Origin: Octopus sinensis
Taxonomy: Eukaryota
Length of the DNA stretch: 64,000 nucleotides
Reading direction: 5' to 3'
Assembly (NCBI RefSeq): GCF_006345805.1
Contig: NC_043001.1
Span: forward strand, 118,792,001-118,856,000
Shown: positions 12,266-23,146 of the stretch, piece by piece
Position numbering within the stretch: position 1 is the first letter of the stretch
Layout of the letters: each line of letters begins with the position of its first letter
Notes under the pieces: generated by a model
The model's database searches: none
Told to the model about the DNA's origin: nothing
Seen by the model: the letters and a program-made list of their open reading frames with translations, nothing else
Position numbers and translations under genes: made by a program

Positions 12266-12952
12266 TAAAGGACCTAGGTATCTTGGTGGATTCCTCCTTT
12301 TCGCCTTCAGCCCAGTGCGTCCATGCTGCCAACAAAGCACGCGGAATTCTGTTCTTGATTCGACGGTCATTCGGAATGCTCACAGCAGCCATATTCCTAC
12401 CACTCTATGTCACGCTGGTGAGACCCATATTGGAGTATGGGATTCAAGCCTCTTCTCCTTATCTCCTCAAAGACATACAGCATCTCGAAAGAGTCCAGAA
12501 GCTGGCTACCCGCATGGTTCATGGTCCCAAAAATTTGTCTTATGAAGAAAGGCTGAGGACGCTCGACCTTTATTCTCTTAAAAAACGCCGCCGCCGTGGT
12601 GATCTCATTCTCGCTCACAACATCATAAGCGGAAAGTGTAACCTCTCGAAAGAGCTGTTCTTCACTCCTGCTCCAGAGCGTCGGCTGCGGGGTCATTCCG
12701 AAAAGTTCTACCTGCGACGATTTCATCTCATTCGAAGGAGAGGAGCTTTCTCCGTCCGGGTTGCGGATCCGTGGAACAAGCTGCCAGACGAGATGGTGAA
12801 GATGCCGACGACCGCTTTGTTCAAAGCCTCCCTGGACCTCAAGTGGCCTGAACTCTTTACATGAACACCACCCTGTACTTAACTCCATGTCCCCCTACAT
12901 GGCCTTGCTATTTGCTTTTGTGCCAAATTAACTAACTAACTAACTAACTAAC
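12266..12952 (+). mobile_element. 5'-truncated CR1-clade LINE (ORF2 C-terminus, 3' UTR, (TAAC)n tail)
   Basis: KDLGILVDSS, LYVTLVRPILEYG, LERVQKLATRMV, YEERL, RRRRGDLI, FSVRVADPWNKLP; near-identical to 25654-26337. Confidence 0.92.
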
Positions 12953-13429
12953 ATATATATATATATACACACACATACATAAATCTCTCTCATTCTCTCA
13001 TAGGTATATACACACATGTACATGTTGGTATGGGTAGGATAGTTTGATACAATTCCATGTGTTGGTTGACCATGTCTTCCTCTGTCTCATTCTTTGGCAT
13101 GGTTTCTATAGCTTGATGTCCTTCCAAACACCAACAACTTTACAAAGTGTAATGAGTGCACAGCACTACAGAAGTTGCCTTGCCACTAACCAGTAAGACT
13201 AAAGGGTCCTCTCAAATCCAGCATTATCACTGTTTGAACTCATTATCAAATACTTAGAACTTGATGGAGAGGAACAGACTTATTGTATGTATTGTAAAGG
13301 AATGAATAACAAAGGGAACAATGTTGGAGTGGGAGTAGAGGAGACAGAAGAGTGGCAAAAGGGAGAGGAATGTCAGGAATTAGTGTGAAGGGGAGGTGGA
13401 GAGGACTTTGTGGTAATGGTAAGAAGGAG

Positions 13430-13660
13430 GGCGGCGAGCTGGCAGAATTGTTAGCACGCTGGGCAAAATTCTCAGCGGTATTTTGTCTGCTGCTATGTTG
13501 TGAGTTCAAATTCCGCCGAGGTCGACTTTGCCTTTCATCCTTCCGGGGTCAATTAAATAAGTACCAGTTATGTACTGGGGTTGATATAATCAACTTAAAT
13601 CATTTGTCTGTCCTTGTTCGTCCCCTCTGTGTTTAGCCCCTTGTGGGTAGTAAAGAAATA
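13430..13660 (+). mobile_element. tRNA-derived SINE family B
   Basis: ggcggcgagctggcagaa head, gagttcaaattcc B-box, gtcgactttgcctttcatcc...aagtaccag central domain. Confidence 0.85.
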
Positions 13661-14338
13661 GGCAATGGTAATAAGGGTGGGTGAATAGATGATAGAGGAG
13701 GGGAAGTAGAACAGTAATTCCAAAGATTAGTTTGAAGCAGAGCAAGGGTAGGAACAATGTGGTAATCCTAATGAAGTAGCTGGACCCAGTGACCAGATGG
13801 ATCAGTGAATCTGCCATGCCAGCATGGGTTGGATGGTTCATTAGGATCTAAGAAAGCTGTTATTGGAGTTATACAGGTTTATTGTTGAAGAAGGGCAAGG
13901 TCACTGTTAGGCAAGAGGAAAAAGGAGGGAAATGAAAAGAAGTGTCAGAAGTTTGGTAAGAGAGAGCATTAGAGGAGTGATAAGACATTGGGGAGGGTTG
14001 AGTAGGAGGGGTGTAGTGCTATCTCATTTTATAAATGGGTGAGGAGAAGTGGTGTGGAGAAAGAAAGATGGAAGTAATGGAAGGGAGAGGGAGATGAAAA
14101 GTTAGTTTCAAGGGATTAGTGAGCCTGATAAAGGCAGTGAGGAGGGTGGAGAATGGACTTAGTAGGAAGCGGTGCAGTGCTACCCAACATTACACAAGGG
14201 TGTGTAAAGTGGTGCAGAGGAGAGATAGATAAGGTAATGGTGAGGGGCTGGGATAGATACTCAAATGGTGACACGTCCAAGTGTGCATGGTGACAAGTAA
14301 AAAGGTAAAGTTGCCTTCTCAAGTGATGTCAACTCACA

Positions 14339-14555
14339 AGGGCCAGTTTCTCGGTTTCATGGCGAATATAGTTTGCACCTGGATGAGATGGCCGTCTGTT
14401 GCAAGATTACTCATTTTAGCCAGCTGAGTGAACTGGAACAATATGAAATGAAGTGTTTTGCTTAAGAACACAATGCATTGCTTGGTCCAGAAATCGAAAC
14501 CACAATCTTATGATCATGAACCTGATACCCTAACCACTAGGCCACATGCCTCCAC
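14339..14555 (-). mobile_element. tRNA-derived SINE family D
   Basis: Minus strand gtggcctagtggttaggg...ggtttcgatttc; related copies at about 42280-42401 (-) and 57335-57480 (+). Confidence 0.65.
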
Positions 14556-15163
14556 TGACAAGTGAGTTAGATAGGGTGAATAAAGGTAGGCAGAATACAG
14601 TCCCTTCCCACACAAGTCATGAGTTATAGCTTAGGAGGAATGAGTGGTAGGAAGATCTATGTGGTGGAGTAATGGGGAAGGCAGATATTCAAAATGCATA
14701 AATCCTATATTTTCTTTTCAGTTCTGGGTATCACGGAATGGAGAGAGACACATGCACTAAACCTGTGTGGGGGGAGGTCGGCTTATCTGCAGCACCACAT
14801 ATTGCCAGTTGACATAGTCATTTCCTTCATCAGATGTAACACTTGGAGAGTATTTTTCTTTGGTTTCTGTCTCCCACAGCTACCATTCACTTTGAATATT
14901 TGTGTGTGTGTGTGTGTGTGTGTGTGTAAACAAAAATGAGCTCAGAATGGCCACGAATTTGTTTATGAAAATCAGAGAAATACAAGTATATTGAATACCA
15001 TACAACATAAATTATTGATTTAGAGCATGTGCCACAATTGTCAAATGACAATTTAGAAAAAGCTCCAGATGGGAAGGGGAAATAATCTCAAGAATCAAGA
15101 ATTATCCAAAGTTGACAGACCAGAGGATATGGACAGGCTTATTGTCTGGAGATAAGCGGACAG

Positions 15164-15209
15164 TTGTCAACATATGTTTCTGCCTCAATAGGTATCATCA
15201 ACAAGACAA
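15164..15209 (-). ncRNA. Degenerate minimal type I hammerhead motif
   Basis: Minus strand ttgtcttg-TTGATGA-tacctattgaggca-GAAAC-atat-GTT-gacaa; stem III palindrome aacatatgtt; C3 changed to U and stem I imperfect. Confidence 0.35.
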
Positions 15210-15278
15210 TTATTCTAACTTCCAGCAGCCAAGGGATACATATCTATCTATATACGCAGAAATATATATACATATACA

Positions 15279-15313
<35 letters not shown>

Positions 15314-15316
<3 letters not shown>

Positions 15317-15890
15317 CGAAGACATGTTGGGGCAAGCGAAATCGAATTGAACCAGCCAGGATCCCTGGTCTGGTGGTACGTAAAAATCACTATTCGACTC
15401 GTGGCCGATGCCAGCGCCGCCTCCACTGGCTTCCGTGCCGGTGGCACGTAAAATACACCAATCTGACCGTACGACAGGCACCCATGCCAACCCCCTTGCT
15501 TGCGAAGACATGTTGGGGCAAGCGAAAACGAAATCGAAATCGAATTGAACCAGCCAGGATCCCTGGTCTGGTGGTACGTAAAAAGCACTATCCGACTCGT
15601 GGCCGATGCCAGCACCCCCTCGTTTGGCTTCCGTGCAGGTGGCACATAAAATACACCAATCCGACCGTGGCCGTTGCCAGCCTCGCCTGGCACCTGTGCA
15701 GGTGGCACGTAAAAAGCACCCACTACACTCACGGAGTGGTTGGCGTTAGGAAGGGCATCCAGCTGTAGAAACACTGCCAGATAAGACTGGAGCCTGGTGC
15801 AGCCTTCTGGCTTTCCAGATCCCCGGTCGAACCGTCCAACCCATGCTAGCATGGAGAACGGACGTTAAACGATGATGATGATGATGATGA
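15314..15890 (+). mobile_element. RTE LINE 3' UTR with an internal duplication of about 185 bp
   Basis: Unit ttgcgaagacatgttggggcaagcg... at 15314 and 15500; CpG-rich (young-looking); (GAT)n tail. Confidence 0.85.
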
Positions 15891-15920
15891 TACTTTATTT
15901 TAAGCAGCAGAAAATTCAAC

Positions 15921-15968
15921 AAAATCTGTTACTCTGAGTTTCTCGTTGCCGTTCATCAGACAGTTTTT
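15921..15968 (-). ncRNA. Minimal type I hammerhead ribozyme motif (PLE-type)
   Basis: Minus strand aaaaaCTGT-CTGATGA-acg gcaa cga-GAAAC-tcaga-GTA-ACAGatttt: intact core, stem I ctgt/acag, self-complementary stem III actc-a-gagt. Confidence 0.6.
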
Positions 15969-16068
15969 GCTAGAATGGAACTTATATATCAATTCAATCT
16001 ATACTCTTACAAACACTACACCTTTAAAAAGAAATGGACTTGTTTGATTGGCCCTTTAGAAAAAACGG

Positions 16069-16107
<39 letters not shown>

Positions 16108-16670
16108 CGTGATTGACCGGGCTATCAGATGCTGCTACACATCGCCGGTCACAATGCGCTTCGCATTGTTTTAGCCTTCAAATGACGCCACCCCACTGCA
16201 CATACATACATACACACATACACATATATCCATACATACAAGTACCGGCACACACGTGCATATCAAGAAATCTAACATCACACACTGAGAGATACATATG
16301 AACAAATCCTTTATCCCACATGCATAGATTCACATATACAACTATGCATATTAGCTAAAACATGTTCATACACACATGGACACTGATGTTATAAATTAGC
16401 TATGCACCTCTTTATGTCTTGTTATTTTTGTCATTTCATTTTAGTGTTGTTTTATTCACTCACAAATAAAACGGAGTCTATTTCTGTGAGTGAAAAGAAA
16501 CAGACACACAAAAATAAAATTATGATGAGGTCTGGTCAACTTATCCAAATTTAGTTTCACACAGACAATTAAATGACATAGTCTTACTGTGATATCTCTA
16601 AACAATTAAACATAAGAATATTAATAAATATCTCACTTTCTCAAGATTGAATTTTAGTATTAATATAGTA

Positions 16671-16699
16671 CTAGCAATGCACCCCAGTGTTGCCAGGGT
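16671..16699 (-). mobile_element. Helitron-like 3' terminus
   Basis: Minus strand accctggcaacactgggg hairpin, short spacer, then CTAG followed by T. Confidence 0.4.
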
Positions 16700-17693
16700 G
16701 GTATCCCATCTCAGATCCCAAAGATTCAGCTTTATAAGCTACACTAATTGTCTTGCCCTCAACAAGGTTAAAAAGTCCTTCTAGCCCTGTACTATCTCTG
16801 CTCAAAAACACTTGTGAGTTTCAAAGTGGAAAAGCTTCACCCTAGAAAGAAAGATTAGGAAAGTGAGCGACAACTTTAAGTGAGGTATTGGGAGAAGTTG
16901 CAGTTTGCTGAGAATGCATTTATTATTCAGAGAGTAAGACAGGAGACTGAGGTGCCAGAGCATATTCTCAAAGTAACATGAACAAGGTGAAGAGAGCCTA
17001 ATGACAGACCACTCATGGTGAGGTAAGGAAGGTTGCAAACATATAATCCCTTCTCTCTCTACTTAAGCACCATGATACAGAAGGACAAAGGGGGGAAGAA
17101 CTGTAGAGTATAGGTGGTAGTAGTGATGGGGGTATGGAGAATGTATAGGTCCAATGCTTTCCTCTGAATTACAGGGGGTATGGTATGAAGAGTAGGAGAA
17201 GAGGTAATAAAGTGATGGAAGGGAATAGAATAGATAGAGTGGACAGAAGAGATGGTGGAGAGGTATGATGGTATAGAATAGGCAAAAGGTAGTCGGGGAA
17301 CTGTACATTATCCAATTATTTTAACAGGCATTTTGATAAAACTTCTTTCAGTTTCCTCATGAGACATTGGTTAATCTGGAGCTAAAGTTGAAAGCACTTG
17401 CCTAAGGTGCTGCACAGAAGGACTGAACAAAAAGCCATGTGGTTGCAAACTTCTTAAGCACATAGCCATGCCTGTGCTTATATATTTCATTATCATTGAC
17501 GTTTAATATCTGCTTTCCATGCTGGTATGGGTTGGATGACTTGACATAGAGCTGTCCAGACTTCAATTATCTGTTGTGACATGGTTTCTATGGCTGGATA
17601 CCCTTCCTAATGCCAACTGCTTAACAGAGTGGGCAGGGTGCTTTTTAAATGCCTCCACCAGAGGTGCTTTTTATATAAATATATACATATATA

Positions 17694-18085
17694 GGCGCAG
17701 GAGTGGCTGTGTGGTAAGTAGCTTGTTTACCAACCACATGGTTCCGGGTTCAGTCCCACTGCATGGCACCTTGGGCAAGTGTCTTCTACTATAGCCTCGG
17801 GTCGACCAAAGCCTTGTGAGTGGATTTGGTAGACGGAAACTGAAAGAAGCCCGTCGTATATATGTATATATATATATGCGTGTGTGTCTTTGTGTGTCTG
17901 TGTTTGTACCCCTAGCATTGCTTGACAACCGATGTTGGTGTGTTTATGTCCCCGTTACTTAGCGGTTCGGCAAAAGAGACCGATAGAATAAGTACTGGGC
18001 TTACAAAAGAATAAGTCCCGGGGTCGAGTTGCTCGATTAAAGGTCGTGCTCCAGCATGGCAGCAGTCAAATGACTGAAGCAAGTA
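17694..18085 (+). mobile_element. tRNA-derived SINE family A, full length
   Basis: ggcgcaggagtggctgtgtggtaag head through cagtcaaatgactgaagcaagtaaaa tail. Confidence 0.9.
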
Positions 18086-18400
18086 AAAAAAAAAAAAAAG
18101 AAAAAAAGATATATACACACACACACACACATACAGCACATTATTTTATTCTTTTACTTGTTTCAGCCATTTGACTGTGGCCATACTGGAGCACTGCCTT
18201 TAGTTGAGCAAATCGCCCTCAGGATTTATTCTTTGTAAGCCTAGTCTATTTTGCCGAACTGCTAAGTTACAGTGACATAAACACACCAGCATTGGTTGTC
18301 TAGCAATGTTTGTTTTTTTGGGGGAGGGGGGCAAACACACACACAAACATATACAAACACATATATGTGTGTGTGTGTATATTATATATAAATAGCATTA

Positions 18401-18898
18401 TTAAATCTCTGAATGAGATGTAAACAGTAACCGCTCGACAATGTAAAGTATAATAGCCATCTCAATATGGCTAACCACAAAGTGGGGTGTGTTACTGTAG
18501 CTCCTCAGCCCCAGGAGATCATCGTCTCCAGCTGGCTTTAGGCACACTATCTGTGCCCTTATGGTATTTGCAAAGGAAGGCCATCCCTTTCTCGTAAGCC
18601 TAAGTGATACGCACGGACTGCAGTTTCGAGGTTGTTGCCTCTTGTCAACGGCGGTAATCACCGGATTATGATGAAAGGTGATTACCGCCCGTTGACAAGA
18701 GGCAACAACCTCGAAACTGCAGTCCATGCGTATCACTTAGGCTTACGAGAAAGGGATGGCCTTCCTTTGCAAATACCATAAGGGCACAGATAGTGTGCCT
18801 AAAGCCAGCTGGAGACGATGATCTCCTGGGGCTAAAAGCTACAGTAACACCCACCCTTTGTGGTTAGCCATATTGAGATGGCTATTATACTTTACATT
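18401..18898. mobile_element. Inverted-repeat non-autonomous PLE-like element with HHR motifs at 18610-18653 (-) and 18686-18730 (+)
   Basis: Arms 18440-18662 / 18677-18898, 14-nt loop, few mismatches; cgccg-TTGACAA-gagg caacaa cctc-GAAAC-tgca-GTC-cgtgcg. Confidence 0.7.
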
Positions 18899-18911
18899 AT
18901 ATATATATATA

Positions 18912-19450
18912 TATATTATATTAAATTAGAGACAAAACCACTATTATGCAAATCAAACAATGAAAGACTTAATCCAATACATAAATTAAATTATATTATT
19001 TAGATATGTAACAATTATTAAAAAATATAATTAATATCCACTACGATCGTTTCCTGTCTTCTGTCATCAAATTTTTGAGTACCAGACATTCATCAGACAT
19101 TCATCAGGTGGTTTCAAAATTTTCTTGGCGAGTTTTAAAACTCGCCAAGAAAATTTTGAAACCACCTGATGAATGTCTGATGAATGTCTGGTACTCAAAA
19201 ATTTGATGACAGAAGACAGGAAACGATCGTAGTGGATATTAATTATATTTTTTAATAATTGTTACATATCTAAATAATATAATTTAATTTATGTATTGGA
19301 TTAAGTCTTTCATTGTTTGATTTGCATAATAGTGGTTTTGTCTCTAATTTAATATAATATAATATTTTACTATAAAATTGGATTCAATCCTAAATCTGAT
19401 TTTTCCCTGTAAGTTTGGATTTATTCCCTAATATTTATTATTAATTATAT
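18912..19450. mobile_element. Spacerless palindromic PLE-like element with HHR motif at 19162-19235 (+) and its mirror on (-)
   Basis: Palindrome 18912-19361 centred at 19136/19137; ccac-CTGATGA-atgtct...agacag-GAAAC-gatc-GTA-gtgg; right arm extends about 90 nt further. Confidence 0.75.
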
Positions 19451-19456
19451 ATATAT

Positions 19457-19514
<58 letters not shown>

Positions 19515-19927
19515 CATAACAGGTTTCTTTCAGCTTTCATCTACCAAATCTACTCACAAGGCCTTGGTTGGCTCAAGGCTATAGACGCCCAAGTTGCCAC
19601 ACAGCAGGACTGAACCCGGAACCATGTGGTTGGTTAGCAAGTTACTTATCACACAGCCATGTTTATTATTACTTTTGCCCCCAAAATTACTGATGCTAGT
19701 GTTATTTTTTTTTCCATTTAAGATGTTTCAGCAAAGAGACAAGAAAATAATGACCTCCTCCTTTCCCTTAAGAAAAGAAATATTAACTTACATAGAAAAT
19801 GTAATGACAAAAATAAATACAAAATTGATATAATTCTAATCAAACTGAATTTTATGTACCATTTTTTTAATTTCCCAGACATGACAGTATTGTGGATCAG
19901 TTATCCATCACTTCAAACACCAAGATA

Positions 19928-19960
19928 CTGGGTTCTCATTCCTAAGGTATTTTTATGACG

Positions 19961-20008
<48 letters not shown>

Positions 20009-20325
20009 TCACTGCCTGGAATCGAACTCGGAATCTGGGGGTTAGTAGCCTGCGCTCTAAACCATATGATGTAGTGGTGAAGAGCACGGGCTACTAACCC
20101 CAATATTTCGAGTTCGATTCCAGGCAGTGACCTGAATAATAATAATAATAATAATAATACCAATACCAACAACAACAACGGAAAAATACCTTAGGAATGA
20201 GAACCCTGGTTCAAAATTCCTCATGGACACCTGATGAAGGCTGGAGAGTACATCAGCCGAAACTTAACAACAAACAAGATGAAGCCAAATATCCGTCAAA
20301 TGTAAATAATGTAAACAATCCTCAC
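19928..20325 (+). mobile_element. tRNA-headed, HHR-tailed short element with an inverted partial copy upstream
   Basis: tRNA-like 20066-20134 (tgatgtagtgg A-box, gagttcgattcc B-box), (AAT)n, then gacac-CTGATGA-aggctg..cagcc-GAAAC; 19928-20064 is its reverse complement. Confidence 0.75.
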
Positions 20326-20709
20326 CCCACGTTCAGAAATTTTGTTTTCAATACCAATTTCCATATAATTGGAATCTACATCATCCAAAGCGTATTTGCA
20401 GAGAATTTCACTAAAAAATAATTATTTTTCCGGAAGTCACGAGGGCAAAAAAGTCGCTGGGAAGGAACACATGTGGAGATATATCTAAATAAGATTTTTA
20501 TGTAAATTTTATGTCTTAGAAGTTGGTGTAGGAAAGTAACGGAGAATACTGACTCCTCACCTATTTTATTTAACTGGGACACTCAATCCATTTTTGAATT
20601 TTCCCAGGTTGTTTTAGTTTCATCAGTTACTTCGTAAGATTTAGGTGCCTAAAACTAAAGACCACCAACGCCAGCATATACATATCTTTATATATAGGTC
20701 AAACTAATA

Positions 20710-21490
20710 TAAAAAAGAAATGTGCGCTCGTGAACGGGGATGGGGGAGATGACTCAGAAAGTTCCCATTGTGAATGTTCCGAGACGTCTCACCACAGCCA
20801 AAAAAAACTTGCGGATCTTTTTGGTTTGAACGGCAGTTTTTCTAGCAGTGTCATATGAAATTGTCACCCATAATTATGACCCTAGTATCGATCTATTGCA
20901 TTTCAATCTATTTTAGGGTTAGGGTTACGATTAGGGGTGGGGGGAAGGGTATCTTTTGTTCTTCACAAATGTAAATATACCCAATCTGTTTTTTAAACGA
21001 GGGACATATTCATACGGCACAGAATGTTGTTTACCTCAATGGACGTCAGTGATTGGTTGAAATTGCAGAAATTGAAGAAAAAAAACAAATATCTTACAAA
21101 CTATAGAATTTTCTCAATAAAGCCAAGATGTTTTATAAACACATTCTACCAATATACGAAGTTTAAATTTTTTAGTTACTTAAAAATTATGTTAAAAACT
21201 TCAGTTCAAACCGAAAAGATCCAAACTTGCTATAAACGAATAGGAAAAAAAAAAAAAAAAAAGCGCCATCGCGGTGATGCGTGGGAGGGGGAGAGGACTC
21301 GGAAAATTCACATCGTTTTTTCATATTCGTTTACTGCGAGTGCGCATTTTTCTTTTCATATTCGTTTACTACATGTTGTTGTACACCTATTACACTATTT
21401 TTTTTTTTTGCCTGTGGTGAGACGACTCGGAACATTCACGATGGGAACTTTCCGAGTCTTCTCCCCCACCCCACGTTCGCGCATTTTTTT
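20710..21490. repeat. Inverted-repeat element (arms about 20710-20807 and 21400-21490) interrupted by a Merlin-like MITE
   Basis: gaaagttcccattgtgaatgttccgagacgtctcaccacag versus ctgtggtgagacgactcggaacattcacgatgggaactttc. Confidence 0.6.
20813..21222. mobile_element. Merlin-like MITE with internal TTAGGG repeats
   Basis: TIRs ggatctttttggtttgaac / gttcaaaccgaaaagatcc; exact 8-bp TSD aaacttgc (20805-20812 and 21223-21230). Confidence 0.8.
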
Positions 21491-21755
21491 CATATTCGTT
21501 TACAGCAAGTTGTTTTACAACATATTACACTGTTTTTTCTTTTTTTGTTTTTGTTTTGTTCGGATCAAACCCTTTAGTAACACACGTCGCGAAAACAAAG
21601 AGCTGTGGGTTCGAGTCGCATGCGTTCAAGAACCCTAACTTTTTTTTGGGGGGGTGAGAGCTTAAATGCTCGAGTATTTGACTATTTTCTTTAGTCATTG
21701 CAGTGATTGCTTATAAGCTTTAAGTTTATAAAACATTATTGTCATTATTTACAGG

Positions 21756-21789
<34 letters not shown>

Positions 21790-22089
21790 GAGAGAGAGAG
21801 AGAGAGAGGCGTGCGCTTTCGTTGACATAGTGAGAAAAATTGAAAAAATCGGTGCTTTCCGAACGAAGTTCCTTGCATCGATTGTAACATGTATCAATGA
21901 TGCGCTTTTTCTATTTGAATGTGTGTATATAAATAAACATACGTCAGGGATATGTGACTGTGTATACATATCTGTATACTTTTACGAAACAAGTGTTCAA
22001 AAAAATCAAGAGACGAATCTAATATTTTTACAGTCAGAAATGAAGAATGCGATCTTAAAATATCACTTGTTGCACCTACATAGGTCCAC

Positions 22090-22162
22090 ATTCACACATA
22101 CATACATACATACATATGTATATATATATATATCATACATACATACATGCATGCATACATAC

Positions 22163-22243
<81 letters not shown>

Positions 22244-22272
22244 ACATACATACATGCATACATATATATATA

Positions 22273-22328
<56 letters not shown>

Positions 22329-22629
22329 ATATATATATATATATATAATGAGATGTATTTGACCTAAGAACGTGTACTGAAACGGAAATAATTATACTTT
22401 AGAAGGATTAGTTTAGCTATTTGCAGTGGAATAGTGCCAGAGTTAGGTTGCAGAAGTGCGACGAAAATTCAAACTGAAGGTATAAACGAAAAGTTAAAAG
22501 TTTTTGTGTTCTTCAATATATAAAATAGTTCTTCCACGACGTAATATTATGTAATATATATATATATATAATGTGTGCTATGCGTACCGAATACTCTTCA
22601 CCTACCGTTGATAAACACTTGCGCGCGCG

Positions 22630-22678
<49 letters not shown>

Positions 22679-22729
22679 ATATATGTATATGTATATATAT
22701 ACATTATATATATATATATATTATATATG

Positions 22730-22777
<48 letters not shown>

Positions 22778-22848
22778 ATATATTATATATATATATATAT
22801 TATATATATATATTATATATATATATATATATGTATATATATACATTC

Positions 22849-22881
<33 letters not shown>

Positions 22882-22886
22882 GTATG

Positions 22887-22923
<37 letters not shown>

Positions 22924-22946
22924 ATATATATCTATATATATATATC

Positions 22947-22978
<32 letters not shown>

Positions 22979-22985
22979 ATATTTT
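22090..22985. repeat. Long (TA)n/(TACA)n microsatellite blocks
   Basis: Direct inspection; about 22090-22350 and 22630-22985. Confidence 0.95.
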
Positions 22986-22986
22986 A

Positions 22987-23146
22987 AGGAGTGGCTGTGT
23001 GGTAAATAGGTTGCTTACCAACCCACATGGCTCCGGGTTCAGTCCCACTGTGTGGCACCTTGGGCAAGTATTTTCTACTATAGCCTCGGGCTGACCAAAG
23101 CCTTGTGAGTGGATTTGATAGACGGAAACTGAAAGAAGCCCATCGT
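22987..23146 (+). mobile_element. SINE family A head
   Basis: ggagtggctgtgtggtaa...gaaagaagcccatcg. Confidence 0.85.

Larger units (their letters stand above)
18146..19660 (-). mobile_element. SINE family A on the minus strand, split: tail 18146-18345, head about 19515-19660
   Basis: Both halves are in minus orientation; two palindromic elements occupy the internal TA tract. Confidence 0.7.

Noticed and set aside
20066-20134. Functional tRNA gene
   Set aside because: Acceptor stem does not pair, no oligo-T terminator follows, and it is embedded in a repeat element
22063-23094. Many ORFs rich in YI, HT, I, L or N in the ORF track (also at 3218, 32277, 43302-43735, 45332-45721)
   Set aside because: Translations of stop-free microsatellites
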